Assembly (NCBI GenBank): GCA_024279715.1
Contig: JAJRRH010000154.1
Span: 1 to 41,124, forward strand
Direction of reading: 5' to 3'
Source: Bacteroidota bacterium
Lineage (GTDB): Bacteria > Bacteroidota > Bacteroidia > Flavobacteriales_D > JABDKJ01
DNA: 41,124 nt
Numbering within the stretch: the stretch's first letter is position 1; the number at the start of each line of letters is the position of its first letter. Positions 29,601-37,946 of the stretch are shown here, in pieces. The translations under genes and the position numbers were made by a program. The notes beneath the pieces were generated by a model. It saw nothing but the letters and a program-made list of their open reading frames with translations, was not told the DNA's origin and searched no databases.

Positions 29601-30331
29601 CTAAATCCAGATGTTAAAAAATCAAAACCGCCAAAGAAAGTGCTTTGCGCACCCCGAGTAGTAATATTAATCACTCCCCCAACAGCATCACCAATATTAG
29701 CAGGTAATCCACCTGTAATTACTGACACTTCTTGAATTGCTGCTTTAGGAAGATTCGCACTTCCTCTAACTTTAATACCATCGATATATACAAAAGTATC
29801 ACTACTTCTTGCTCCCCTCACAGAAACTTCCCCTTCGGCCGTACCTGAAGAAGACACCCCACCAACAGTACTTGCTACGGATGTAGCAGAACGGGCAGAC
29901 ATTTTGGATATATCCTCCCTAGAAACTGACCCCCCAGAAGAACCTCCATCTTTTTCAATCAAAGGTTTTTTATACTGAACAATAATCACTTCATCAAGAT
30001 TAACTCCTGATTCCATTAAGAAATCTTGGTACTTTATTTTACCACCTGCAACAACAACACCTGAGACCACACGAGGATTATAACCAACAAAATCACATCT
30101 AACATTATATGTGCCAACAGGAATTGGCTTTATAGTGAATTTTCCATCAAAGTCCGTAGCACCTGCTGCAACTTGAGTCCCTCCATTTAACACAACAACT
30201 GTTGCAAATGGCAAAACCTCACCTGTGGTCTTATCTTTGACTATTCCTTTAAGTGTACCTGAAGTCGATTGAGCTACTGCACCTGCAGTAATTAATAGAC
30301 ATAAAAACAATGAGTATAGATTTCTTAACAT
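26633..30331 (-). CDS. TonB-dependent receptor with N-terminal carboxypeptidase-regulatory-like domain
   Basis: GTLKGIVKD..TGE.LPFATV, TDFDGKF.I, plug motifs VRGAR....VYIDG and VITGG.PA..G...GGVINI.T, PRLAFSFP, YELGFQQ and terminal ARTIQIGVRMDF. Confidence 0.9.
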   Translation of the reverse strand: MLRNLYSLFLCLLITAGAVAQSTSGTLKGIVKDKTTGEVLPFATVVVLNGGTQVAAGATDFDGKFTIKPIPVGTYNVRCDFVGYNPRVVSGVVVAGGKIKYQDFLMESGVNLDEVIIVQYKKPLIEKDGGSSGGSVSREDISKMSARSATSVASTVGGVSSSGTAEGEVSVRGARSSDTFVYIDGIKVRGSANLPKAAIQEVSVITGGLPANIGDAVGGVINITTRGAQSTFFGGFDFLTSGFRSGDKNVGLDAFGRTQLEGFFAGPLVFRKDSAGTKTSPILGFFLSGNVRQFEDSRPSAIGNWYVKDDVLADIEANPSAISEVLNDDGSTSYSTSSRANLLQAGDFEHRAASRNAGRTGASVSGKIDYNVSPDVTLSVGASGDYLNTNEFLFRGYTGTNGFPGGQGRSNSLLNYKNNENRKDLSWRTYVRFTQRFKSDDSADSKAKIKNAFYTISADYSKFNRVIEDKQHGENFFGYGHVGKFDIFQTKTYEFENGAMHQSGVQDTLVVFTPSSVNPDLAGITSQYFNSIDDPNATMSLENISAAGVLRNGDVPRSIYRLWNAPGLANNLYRKRDNSQMRLVASGSADVGDHAITLGVEYEQRVDRGYDLAPVGLWTRGRQLLGGQTEVVGSVQSDVPVDGFFQYDWALAATDDPTLFNLNFRESMGLNDIEQANIDAVSPEQLSIDMFSADDLLANGSSLVSYYGFDHKGNKLTSDPSFDDYFNAVDDKGYKTKQLGAFRPIYNAFFLMDKFSFDDIIFNVGVRVDRYDANQKVLKDNYIVGDYYTVGNNPIDNLQAPSNIGDDYVVYVEDYEASTVNVVGYRDGNDWYTADGVFVSSPDLIQSSTVVPYLTPETVAADGSQFLDPQAFVDYQPVINVMPRLAFSFPISDEAVFFAHYDVLTQRPGAGQNRLNLVHYDFIETRSNSVTNNPNLRPSRTVDYELGFQQVLTKSSSLKISGFYRDMSDQLNVRFLANAWPNNYLTYENIDFGTVKGMTFAFDLRRTGNVRLLANYTLQFANSTGSNSASGQTLARNGEPNLRVINPVDYDRRHAINIVMDYRYGSGSDYNGPVWFGKKVFQNMGANLIADIGSGTPYNSRKIAGSLLDGARGLNGSINGANMPGSAQLNLQIDRDITLKFGKDDEKDKAKTSNMNVYLLVNNLLNTKIVRNVYSYTGSPSNDGYLTSGIGQQEIDGAEDSAAFTNYYNLRLENPYNYGMARTIQIGVRMDF

Positions 30332-30569
30332 ACAATTTGGTTTGTTGAATTTGTTTCTTCAATTAAATAATCGAAGGACGTAAAGATATATATTTAATTA
30401 TCTATTTTACAAATAAAAAATACATTATGATATTGCAACCAATATCTTCTTTGAATAACCCTTTGAAAACTAATTCTTTTAATAATTCATGGGACAAATC
30501 TAATATAAGAAATTAATATCTCCCTATAATTACACCAAAGTATTTCAAAAATATTACAGTTCTATGGCT

Positions 30570-30899
30570 TTATCTACGTATTTTCTTACGTCTGAACAGT
30601 CTTTTAAAGAATGGGGCTCTTTTCCCCTGATCATACCTCCTCGCTTGTTTTCTTGATTGTTTCATCCTTTTACGGACAGCCCTTTCTTGAAGCTTAAGGT
30701 GTCTTTTTTTTCCTTTCTCCTCCGCACGTTCGGTATCTTTTTCTCGTTGATCTTGCTTTTTCATCGCCTCCTTCTGCGGATTCTTTTTACTGCCACGCTT
30801 TCGTTTTTGTGCTTCCGCTGTATTTACAAACGATACACTCACAATTATCACGAGTAATACTCCCTTTACTAAAGTTGAAGTTTTGGATGCTCTATTCAT
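30570..30899 (-). CDS. Hypothetical exported, highly basic protein
   Basis: Signal peptide ending TAEA-Q. The mature part is Lys/Arg-rich and predicted helical. Confidence 0.65.
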   Translation of the reverse strand: MNRASKTSTLVKGVLLVIIVSVSFVNTAEAQKRKRGSKKNPQKEAMKKQDQREKDTERAEEKGKKRHLKLQERAVRKRMKQSRKQARRYDQGKRAPFFKRLFRRKKIRR

Positions 30900-31027
30900 A
30901 TAGATTAAAAAAGGTTTTATACATATTATATATGGTAACGATAATATTTAATAAAATAATGTACTTTTGAATACGTTTTTTATATCGCATTCAGTTATTA
31001 ATGATATTAACCTCAAATATAGTTTCC

Positions 31028-31456
31028 ATGAATAGAACAATACTTGTTCTTTCCATTTTGTTATCCATAACAGCATGTAAGGATAAACCCAACAGTCAAA
31101 ATATACCGGAAGTATTTGTAGACATCTCCCTTTCACTGAGCTTACCTGCCTATTCACCCCTTATCATACCTGGAAATTCAATTTATATCACAGGAGGCTC
31201 TAATGGTATAGTCGTATATGCTTTATCAAACGAAGAGTATATTGCGATAGACAGACATTGCTCCTACGATATTGATGGCTTTCATCGTGTAGTCGTAGAC
31301 CCTCTAAATAACACGACATTAGTGGACAGTGTGAATTGCACATCTGTGTTTTCCATTTTTAATGGGGATGTCATTCAAGGACCGTCCAGTATTCCCCTCA
31401 AGAGGTACAACACAGAGTATTTCTCTGGAAGCAATGTCTTACGAATTTATAATTAA
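31028..31456 (+). CDS. Lipoprotein with degenerate Rieske-like domain
   Basis: Lipobox SITA-C. A.DRHCSY and C.S.F....G.VIQGP...PLKRY resemble the Rieske ferredoxin scaffold. Confidence 0.7.
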   Translation: MNRTILVLSILLSITACKDKPNSQNIPEVFVDISLSLSLPAYSPLIIPGNSIYITGGSNGIVVYALSNEEYIAIDRHCSYDIDGFHRVVVDPLNNTTLVDSVNCTSVFSIFNGDVIQGPSSIPLKRYNTEYFSGSNVLRIYN

Positions 31457-31480
31457 TCTTTTTCTTCAATTCTCTGAAAT

Positions 31481-31512
31481 AAAAAAAGCCCTTCACTTTG
31501 AAAGGGCTTTTT
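31481..31512. terminator. Bidirectional intrinsic terminator
   Basis: AAAAAAAGCCCTT-CACTTTGA-AAGGGCTTTTT between convergent genes. Confidence 0.88.
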
Positions 31513-31531
31513 ATACAACGTTTTTAAATTT

Positions 31532-32845
31532 CTAGTATCTATATAAATCAGGTTTGAAGGGCCCCTCTTTTGGCACATTGATATATTCACTTTGCTCATC
31601 TGTCAGCACTTCAAGCTCTACGCCTATTTTAGCTAGATGCAGCATTGCTACTTTTTCATCCAAGTGTTTTGGCAGAGTATATACCTTATTCTCATACTTG
31701 TCTGTATTTTCCCAAAGCTCTAATTGTGCCAACACTTGATTTGTGAATGAATTAGACATTACGAAAGATGGGTGACCTGTCGCACAACCAAGATTTACCA
31801 ATCGCCCTTCTGCAAGAATGATGATATCGCTACCATTAATAGTATATTTATCGACTTGAGGCTTTATCTCAATTTTTGAAGATCCATGGTTTCCATTTAG
31901 CCAAGCCATGTCGATTTCATTATCAAAGTGGCCGATATTACAAACGATGGCTTTGTCTTTCATTAATGGAAAATGATCCTTATTGATTACATTCTTGTTA
32001 CCAGTTGCAGTCACTATAATGTCTGCCTCAGGTACAGCATTAATCATTTTCTTGACTTCATACCCGTCCATTGCGGCTTGTAGCGCACATATAGGATCTA
32101 TCTCAGTAACGATTACACGAGCGCCTGCCCCAGATAGGGATGCTGCAGAACCTTTTCCAACGTCTCCATATCCACCAACCACAGCTACTTTACCAGCCAA
32201 CATTACATCAGTAGCTCTACGAATGGCATCTACAAGAGATTCTTTACAACCGTATTTATTATCGAATTTAGACTTGGTAACAGAATTATTGATGTCGATG
32301 GCAGGAAGTATTAATGTTCCTTTCTCTTCACGCTCTACTAATCTATGCACTCCTGTAGTCGTTTCTTCGGAGATACCTTTAATACCTGCAGCCAATTCAG
32401 GATATTGATCTAATACCATATTGGTTAAATCACCACCATCATCCAAGATCATATTTAGTGGTTTGCCTCCTTCAAACATTAAAGTTTGCTCAATACACCA
32501 ATTGAATTCCTCTTCCGTTTCTCCCTTCCAAGCAAAAATAGGAATTCCAGCTGCTGCCATGGCTGCTGCTGCTTGGTCTTGGGTAGAAAAAATATTGCAT
32601 GAAGACCAACGCACTTCAGCTCCCAACTCAACCAAGGTTTCCATTAGTACTGCGGTCTGTATTGTCATATGAAGACAACCTGCGATTCTTGCTCCTTTTA
32701 ATGGTTTTGAGCCTCCAAATTCCTTTCTTAGCGACATTAACCCTGGCATTTCTGCTTCTGCTAATTCTACTTCTTTTCTCCCCCAATCCGCTAGGTTGAT
32801 GTCTTTTACTTTATACTTTAATACTTCTGCTTTTAACAAGTCCAT
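31532..32845 (-). CDS. ahcY: Adenosylhomocysteinase
   Basis: [52 protein letters not shown] and [18 protein letters not shown]. Confidence 0.99.
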   Translation of the reverse strand: MDLLKAEVLKYKVKDINLADWGRKEVELAEAEMPGLMSLRKEFGGSKPLKGARIAGCLHMTIQTAVLMETLVELGAEVRWSSCNIFSTQDQAAAAMAAAGIPIFAWKGETEEEFNWCIEQTLMFEGGKPLNMILDDGGDLTNMVLDQYPELAAGIKGISEETTTGVHRLVEREEKGTLILPAIDINNSVTKSKFDNKYGCKESLVDAIRRATDVMLAGKVAVVGGYGDVGKGSAASLSGAGARVIVTEIDPICALQAAMDGYEVKKMINAVPEADIIVTATGNKNVINKDHFPLMKDKAIVCNIGHFDNEIDMAWLNGNHGSSKIEIKPQVDKYTINGSDIIILAEGRLVNLGCATGHPSFVMSNSFTNQVLAQLELWENTDKYENKVYTLPKHLDEKVAMLHLAKIGVELEVLTDEQSEYINVPKEGPFKPDLYRY

Positions 32846-33097
32846 TTACTATAGTTTTTTCCTTATTTGTAATATTGTACAAAAGTAGGGTTTTTCTTTT
32901 TATTAGCTACTGTCGAATGGTTTAATGATTTAACTTAAGAAATGATTTCAAACGATAGTATTAAATATATAGTTAATGTGATTAGTTTTATCCGAGTATT
33001 AGAAGTTTACATTATCTATCTTTGACTTGCCAATAGGACTACATACAGTATGTATTATTGGCTATATTTACTACCGAATTTTAAAACAAAATCATAT

Positions 33098-33733
33098 ATG
33101 GCATTGATTATTAACGAGATATTGGATGGTCAGGATCATTTAGCGGTCTGGCATATTACTGAGTCTTTGGTAGATATGGAAAAAGATTTTTTCGCTTCGG
33201 ATAGATCTACCAAGGATTTTTCGAAGTATAATGCCATCAAACTTGATAAATTAAAAAAGCAATGGTTAGCAACGCGGCTGGCTCTTCGTGTTATTAAGAA
33301 AATGGATCCTACAATAGACTATGATGAGCATGGCGCCCCTTGGCTGCAGATTGATGGATGGGAAATTTCTATCAGTCACTCCGGAGATTGGGTAGCTATT
33401 TTGCTTTCTCACCGATCTATGTTGGGGGTCGATATCCAGGTTTTTAATGAGAAAATAAAAAATATTGCCACTAAGTTTTCTAGCCCCTCAGAACTTTATA
33501 AGTGGCAGAAAAACAACAGCATGGACTATTTACATGCTCTATGGACAGTAAAAGAAAGTGTCTATAAAGCTTTTAAACATAGTCAGGCCTTTAAACAGAT
33601 TATAGTCGCAAATGATTTTCCTTTTGACCAGCAATTGCTTCGATGTGAGGTAGAACGGGGGAATAAACGTTATGATTTTTTGGTGGATCATCGAAAGATG
33701 GATGGTTTTTATTTGTCTTTTGTTCGATTATAG
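33098..33733 (+). CDS. 4'-phosphopantetheinyl transferase (Sfp-like)
   Basis: G.P, ISISHSG, GVDIQ and WTVKESVYKA motifs. Start set at ATG 33098. Confidence 0.88.
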   Translation: MALIINEILDGQDHLAVWHITESLVDMEKDFFASDRSTKDFSKYNAIKLDKLKKQWLATRLALRVIKKMDPTIDYDEHGAPWLQIDGWEISISHSGDWVAILLSHRSMLGVDIQVFNEKIKNIATKFSSPSELYKWQKNNSMDYLHALWTVKESVYKAFKHSQAFKQIIVANDFPFDQQLLRCEVERGNKRYDFLVDHRKMDGFYLSFVRL

Positions 33734-34039
33734 GGCGGATGTTTATTGGATGTTTGTAACAATGCTACAATATGACAAGGCTCCAGCACTATGTACTCGC
33801 TCAGTTACAGCGCCTTGCGACAACTCGAGCGAGGGGCTTTAAATATACTCGAAATTATATGTTGTGAGAAGCCCTTCCTACAAACAAAAGGTTGTCTCTT
33901 CTCCAAGACTTACTTAAAAAACGAGCCTCAGAAGTCCCGTTCAAGACTGTTTTACATCGCTCTCATTCCTAAGCACTCACCCTCAAAACTGTTTTGGTTC
34001 ATTATAAATACCTATTTTTGACAAAAAAACATCAGAACG

Positions 34040-34774
34040 TTGAATATTTTTAATCAGATACAACTTAGCGCACTTGAGAAAAAGAAGCTGCTTGCTGTCT
34101 TGCTTGATCCAGATAAGATTGATAATGGCAATATAGCACAGACGCTAGGTTTCTACTCCAAGATAGGTGTGGATTTCCTATTCATAGGTGGTAGTCTTTT
34201 GATTTCTTCAAATTTTGCTGAAGTGGTGAAAAAGGTAAAGTCGTTATGTGACATTCCTATTGTACTCTTTCCAGGCAGTGTGATGCAAGTAAGTGATGCG
34301 GCGGATGCTATTTTGTTTTTGTCGCTCATATCGGGGCGTAATGCTGATTTACTGATAGGACAACATGTGTTAGCTGCTCCTACTTTGAAAAAATCTAGTC
34401 TTGAGATTATTCCAACAGGATATATGCTTGTGGATGGGGGGAAGAGTACCACGGCACATTACGTAAGTCAATCGCTGCCAATACCAAAGGATAAACCTGA
34501 AATTGCTGCTTGTACTGCTATGGCTGGTGAAATGCTTGGTCTAAAATTGATGTACCTTGACGCTGGCAGTGGTGCTGACTTGCCTGTGAGTGCTGAAATG
34601 ATAGAAGCTGTAAAGAATAGTACGAACGCACCTCTTATTGTAGGTGGTGGAATACGCACAAAGGAAGGCGTGAATCAAGCTTTTGATGCGGGAGCTGATG
34701 TTGTGGTTATTGGTAATTCACTTGAAAAGAATCCTGCATTGCTGGAAGAAATGATGGGCTTTGGCGTGATTTAA
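34040..34774 (+). CDS. Geranylgeranylglyceryl phosphate synthase (GGGPS/PcrB family, group II-like)
   Basis: LLDPDK, IGGS, LFPG, ADAILFLSLISGRN, YLDAGSGA, IVGGGIR and AGAD.VVIGN. TTG start downstream of TATTTTTG (34013-34020). Confidence 0.93.
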   Translation: MNIFNQIQLSALEKKKLLAVLLDPDKIDNGNIAQTLGFYSKIGVDFLFIGGSLLISSNFAEVVKKVKSLCDIPIVLFPGSVMQVSDAADAILFLSLISGRNADLLIGQHVLAAPTLKKSSLEIIPTGYMLVDGGKSTTAHYVSQSLPIPKDKPEIAACTAMAGEMLGLKLMYLDAGSGADLPVSAEMIEAVKNSTNAPLIVGGGIRTKEGVNQAFDAGADVVVIGNSLEKNPALLEEMMGFGVI

Positions 34775-34795
34775 ACATGTACAAACAACCAATAT

Positions 34796-35176
34796 ATGTT
34801 TTGTTCTAGACGCATTTTTTTACCATTTCTTTTTTTAATAATTTTCATCTCTTCTTGTGACATAGAGAAGAACTGGTATTACAATATTCAAAACAACTCA
34901 TCTGACACTCTATGGATCTACACTACAAATATTATAAAGAGCGATAGTATTTCCATTGCTCCAAATGAAATTGAGTTACTGAATACCGATAGTGAGTGTT
35001 GCGGAGGCCATAAAATATATGAAAACATTGAGAACAATAATCTTGAAGAGGTACTTATTTCGAATCTTGATACTACGATAGAAATAATGGACTTGGAGTG
35101 GGAGTGGGAGTATGTTAAAACGGGTAAGTATACGGCCGAATACAATCTAATCCTAACAGACGAAAGATTTAACTAA
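34796..35176 (+). CDS. Hypothetical lipoprotein
   Basis: Lipobox FISS-C after a hydrophobic stretch. Acidic mature domain beginning Y.IQNNS.DTL.I. Confidence 0.65.
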   Translation: MFCSRRIFLPFLFLIIFISSCDIEKNWYYNIQNNSSDTLWIYTTNIIKSDSISIAPNEIELLNTDSECCGGHKIYENIENNNLEEVLISNLDTTIEIMDLEWEWEYVKTGKYTAEYNLILTDERFN

Positions 35177-35296
35177 TCTTCTCGTTAAATAATAAATTAC
35201 TCATTACGATTTCGAATAACACCATGAAAGAAAAGGAATCTTTCAATTGTTAACCCGAAAAATTCATCAATTTTTCAGCGATTAAGTAACACCGCA

Positions 35297-35400
35297 AGTT
35301 TGGGGTTTTTCAAACACCCAAATTTGGGTGTTTCTAAATCGGGGTTTCACGCTTTGCTTCACACAACCCATCTCGCAGTTCTGCTGAGCTTGTCGAAGTA
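35297..35400. repeat. Palindrome/REP-like repeat cluster
   Basis: Perfect 22-bp palindrome AAACACCCAAATTTGGGTGTTT (35312-35333), flanked by imperfect copies of its right arm. CTGAGCTTGTCGAAG (about 35384-35398) is a motif recalled from Bacteroidota REP-like elements. Confidence 0.55.
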
Positions 35401-35518
35401 TCCATACAATAAACTTCGTTTTTGTATGAATAAAGCGGGTTAATGCATCCAATAATCTACTCTTCTGCTCTCAACAACCCAAGTTATTCGAAGCACCGGT
35501 CATGGTCTCCATATCTAA

Positions 35519-37834
35519 CTAAAATTTGAAACTTACACCTCCCAACAAATTAAACCCTGCTTGTGGGTAATACCCAACATATCCCGGCCCCCAATATCCA
35601 TTGGATTCATATTCTGCATCTAAGATATTATTAAGCAGTAGTGAAAGATTGATGGACTTAAAAGTGGTTTTTGGTTTGATCGTATAATTAATACTAACAT
35701 CATTGACAAGGTATGAATCCAACTTTGATAACGGTGCTTCAATATTACCCATAAATTGTTCGCCTACATATTTAGTTAGGAGGGTTATCCAAAGAGAATT
35801 TACTGGATTGTAAGCCAATCTATTTCCAGCGATTATCCCTGGAGAGAAACTAATTTTTGTATTTCCTAACTCTTCTAAGCCATTTTCGTTGGACGTGAAA
35901 AAATTTATATTCTCGTTTTTGCTTAATGTGATATTTGGAATAAAATGTAGTCTCTCATGCAATACAAAATTCGCATCGAACTCCAATCCGGCGCGGTATG
36001 ACTCTCCTATGTTCGTCTTGACAGGAGCTCCCGTATCATCTAATGCACCAGTTAGCACCAATTGATTTTTATAATTCATAAAGTAGGTGTTGACATTGAT
36101 TGCTGATTTGCCTATTTTAACTCTATACCCCAATTCAAGATCGCTCAATTCTTCCTGTTTAGGGTTTCCATTTTCATAGTCATTTCGACTAGGCTCTTTG
36201 TTTGCCAAAGCATAGGATATGTATGCTAGACCTGATTTAGTTTTGTACGAAAGACCGACTTTTGGATTGAAAAAACTGAAAACATCTTCTATTTCATTTT
36301 CGGCTACACCACTTGCATTATAGCGTACGTTTCTCAATTGAACATCAGTAAATAATTGTAACTGATTACTAAAGCTATAAGTGTTTTTCCAGTAAATGTT
36401 TTTCTCCGTTTTGTTTCCAAAAAAATCATAATAACGTTCTCTTATATCCGCTCCGAAAGTTATTTCTGCCCATATAATTTCGCCAAAATGGTCGCCATTA
36501 TATTGATTAAATGAAAACCCTAAGATTGATTCTACTTTTTCAGAATGATAGGTTACGGAAGTAATTGCTCCATAGAAGTTATTATTTAGCCATTTTCTCC
36601 GGATTAAGTCTGTCATTCCAAACTCACCTACAGGAGCATTGATATAGTCAGTAATATTCTCATCTTGTTTATACTGCTCATAATACCCCCTACCCCAAGT
36701 ATAATGTCCTGTCAAATTGAAGTTGAAGTTGTCATTTATTTTTTGGTTAAGTAACAACTGATAGTGATCCTGGCTGTAGTGATCGACCTGATTGTCATAA
36801 TATAGAACGTTGCCATCATCATCATAATGCTCTCCAGCGAAGTTATGTGTACGATCACTCGCCAAGGTCTCAGGATCTACGCCATACCATGCTTGATACG
36901 TTTCCTCCAATCCACCAAAAGCGAGGGCCTTTATCATTGTATTTCCTTTATTGTAGGATAGCTGGGTGAAATATGAACTCAAATCGGAAGATGCTCTATC
37001 GATATAACCATCTGATTTTATTCTTGATAATCGTCCGATGAAATTAACACTGTTATTGAGTAATCCTGAATCAAATTTTAGACTTGCTTTTCGTGTGTTA
37101 AATGACCCTGCTGAAGAGGATATTTCCACGCTTGACTCGTTCGATATTCCATCCGTCAATAGGCTTAGATTGGCGCCAAAAGCGCCTGACCCATTAGTGG
37201 ATGACCCAACACCTCTTACCAACTGTACGTTTTCAACGGAAGAAGTGAAGTCTGGCAGATCGACCCAATAAGTGGTTTGACTTTCCGAATCATTGTATGG
37301 CACACCATTGATGGTGACATTGACACGAGTAGCATCACTGCCTCGCACACGCATACCTGTATATCCAACACCCGCTCCCGCATCAGAAGTAGTGACTACA
37401 GAAGGTAGGTAATTTAGAAGAATCGGCAGATCTTGCCCTAGGTTTCTCTCAGATAATTCACTTTTACTTAGTTCTGAAAAAGACATAGGACTTGTCTCTT
37501 TTTCTCGGATGGCAGAGATTAAAACTTCATCCATGACGTTCACACTAAAGATTAGTTTTATGTCTTGTTCAGTATCTTTTTCTATTTGGATAGTGATAGA
37601 ATAGTCATCATATCCAATACGTGTTGCATGAAGAGTATGACTGCCTTGGCTTACTTCAATCCTGTATTCACCGTTGGCGTTCGTTAAGAGGTAGAATGAC
37701 TGATCATCTAGGTTAATTGTAACATCTTCTAATGGGTCGTTTTGGGCATCGGTGACAGTTCCATAGATCGTGAATTGCGCTTGTGAAACAAAGGTCACAA
37801 ACAATAAGAGTAGGGTAATAAAAAGACTACGCAT
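35519..37834 (-). CDS. TonB-dependent receptor, probable thiamine (precursor) uptake
   Basis: NLGQDLP.LL..LPSVV.TSDAGAGVGYTG.RVRGSD..R.NVTING.P.ND.ES plug and terminal YYPQAG.N..GGVSFKF. It lies directly downstream of a TPP-class riboswitch. Start set at ATG 37834 (MRSLFITLLL). Confidence 0.9.
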   Translation of the reverse strand: MRSLFITLLLLFVTFVSQAQFTIYGTVTDAQNDPLEDVTINLDDQSFYLLTNANGEYRIEVSQGSHTLHATRIGYDDYSITIQIEKDTEQDIKLIFSVNVMDEVLISAIREKETSPMSFSELSKSELSERNLGQDLPILLNYLPSVVTTSDAGAGVGYTGMRVRGSDATRVNVTINGVPYNDSESQTTYWVDLPDFTSSVENVQLVRGVGSSTNGSGAFGANLSLLTDGISNESSVEISSSAGSFNTRKASLKFDSGLLNNSVNFIGRLSRIKSDGYIDRASSDLSSYFTQLSYNKGNTMIKALAFGGLEETYQAWYGVDPETLASDRTHNFAGEHYDDDGNVLYYDNQVDHYSQDHYQLLLNQKINDNFNFNLTGHYTWGRGYYEQYKQDENITDYINAPVGEFGMTDLIRRKWLNNNFYGAITSVTYHSEKVESILGFSFNQYNGDHFGEIIWAEITFGADIRERYYDFFGNKTEKNIYWKNTYSFSNQLQLFTDVQLRNVRYNASGVAENEIEDVFSFFNPKVGLSYKTKSGLAYISYALANKEPSRNDYENGNPKQEELSDLELGYRVKIGKSAINVNTYFMNYKNQLVLTGALDDTGAPVKTNIGESYRAGLEFDANFVLHERLHFIPNITLSKNENINFFTSNENGLEELGNTKISFSPGIIAGNRLAYNPVNSLWITLLTKYVGEQFMGNIEAPLSKLDSYLVNDVSINYTIKPKTTFKSINLSLLLNNILDAEYESNGYWGPGYVGYYPQAGFNLLGGVSFKF

Positions 37835-37866
37835 TGTTAGAAAAAAGTATGTAGGAGTACATTCAT

Positions 37867-37946
37867 CAAAATCCCTTTCAAGCATTATCTCGACAGGTTC
37901 AATGGGTATAATCTCAGCCCTTGTATTGAAGGCACCCCTGGGTTTA
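37867..37946 (-). ncRNA. TPP-class riboswitch (variant)
   Basis: Minus strand GGGGTG-CCTT-CAATAC-AAGG-GCTGAGA-TTA-TACCC-ATTGAA-CCTG-TCGAG-ATAATG-CTTGA-AAGGGA. Promoter-like TACCTTCG at 37955-37962. Confidence 0.9.

Noticed and set aside
26633-30331. Classical SusC/SusD polysaccharide utilisation locus
   Set aside because: There is no SusD lipoprotein, SusC signature, CAZyme or sensor-regulator next to the receptor.
32846-33097. Possible SAH/SAM riboswitch upstream of ahcY
   Set aside because: The -7 box (32880-32887) leaves only about 30 nt of AU-rich leader, with no aptamer consensus.
33098-33733. PPTase as a marker of an NRPS/PKS cluster
   Set aside because: No carrier-protein or synthase genes are nearby. 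The housekeeping context next to ahcY suggests a primary-metabolism role.
33791-34021. 76-aa ORF between PPTase and GGGPS
   Set aside because: It has no recognisable motif, runs through repeat-like DNA and ends in the GGGPS promoter box, so it is likely spurious.
35297-35350. CRISPR array or IS terminal repeats
   Set aside because: There are no regularly spaced identical repeats with spacers, and no cas or transposase gene in the window.
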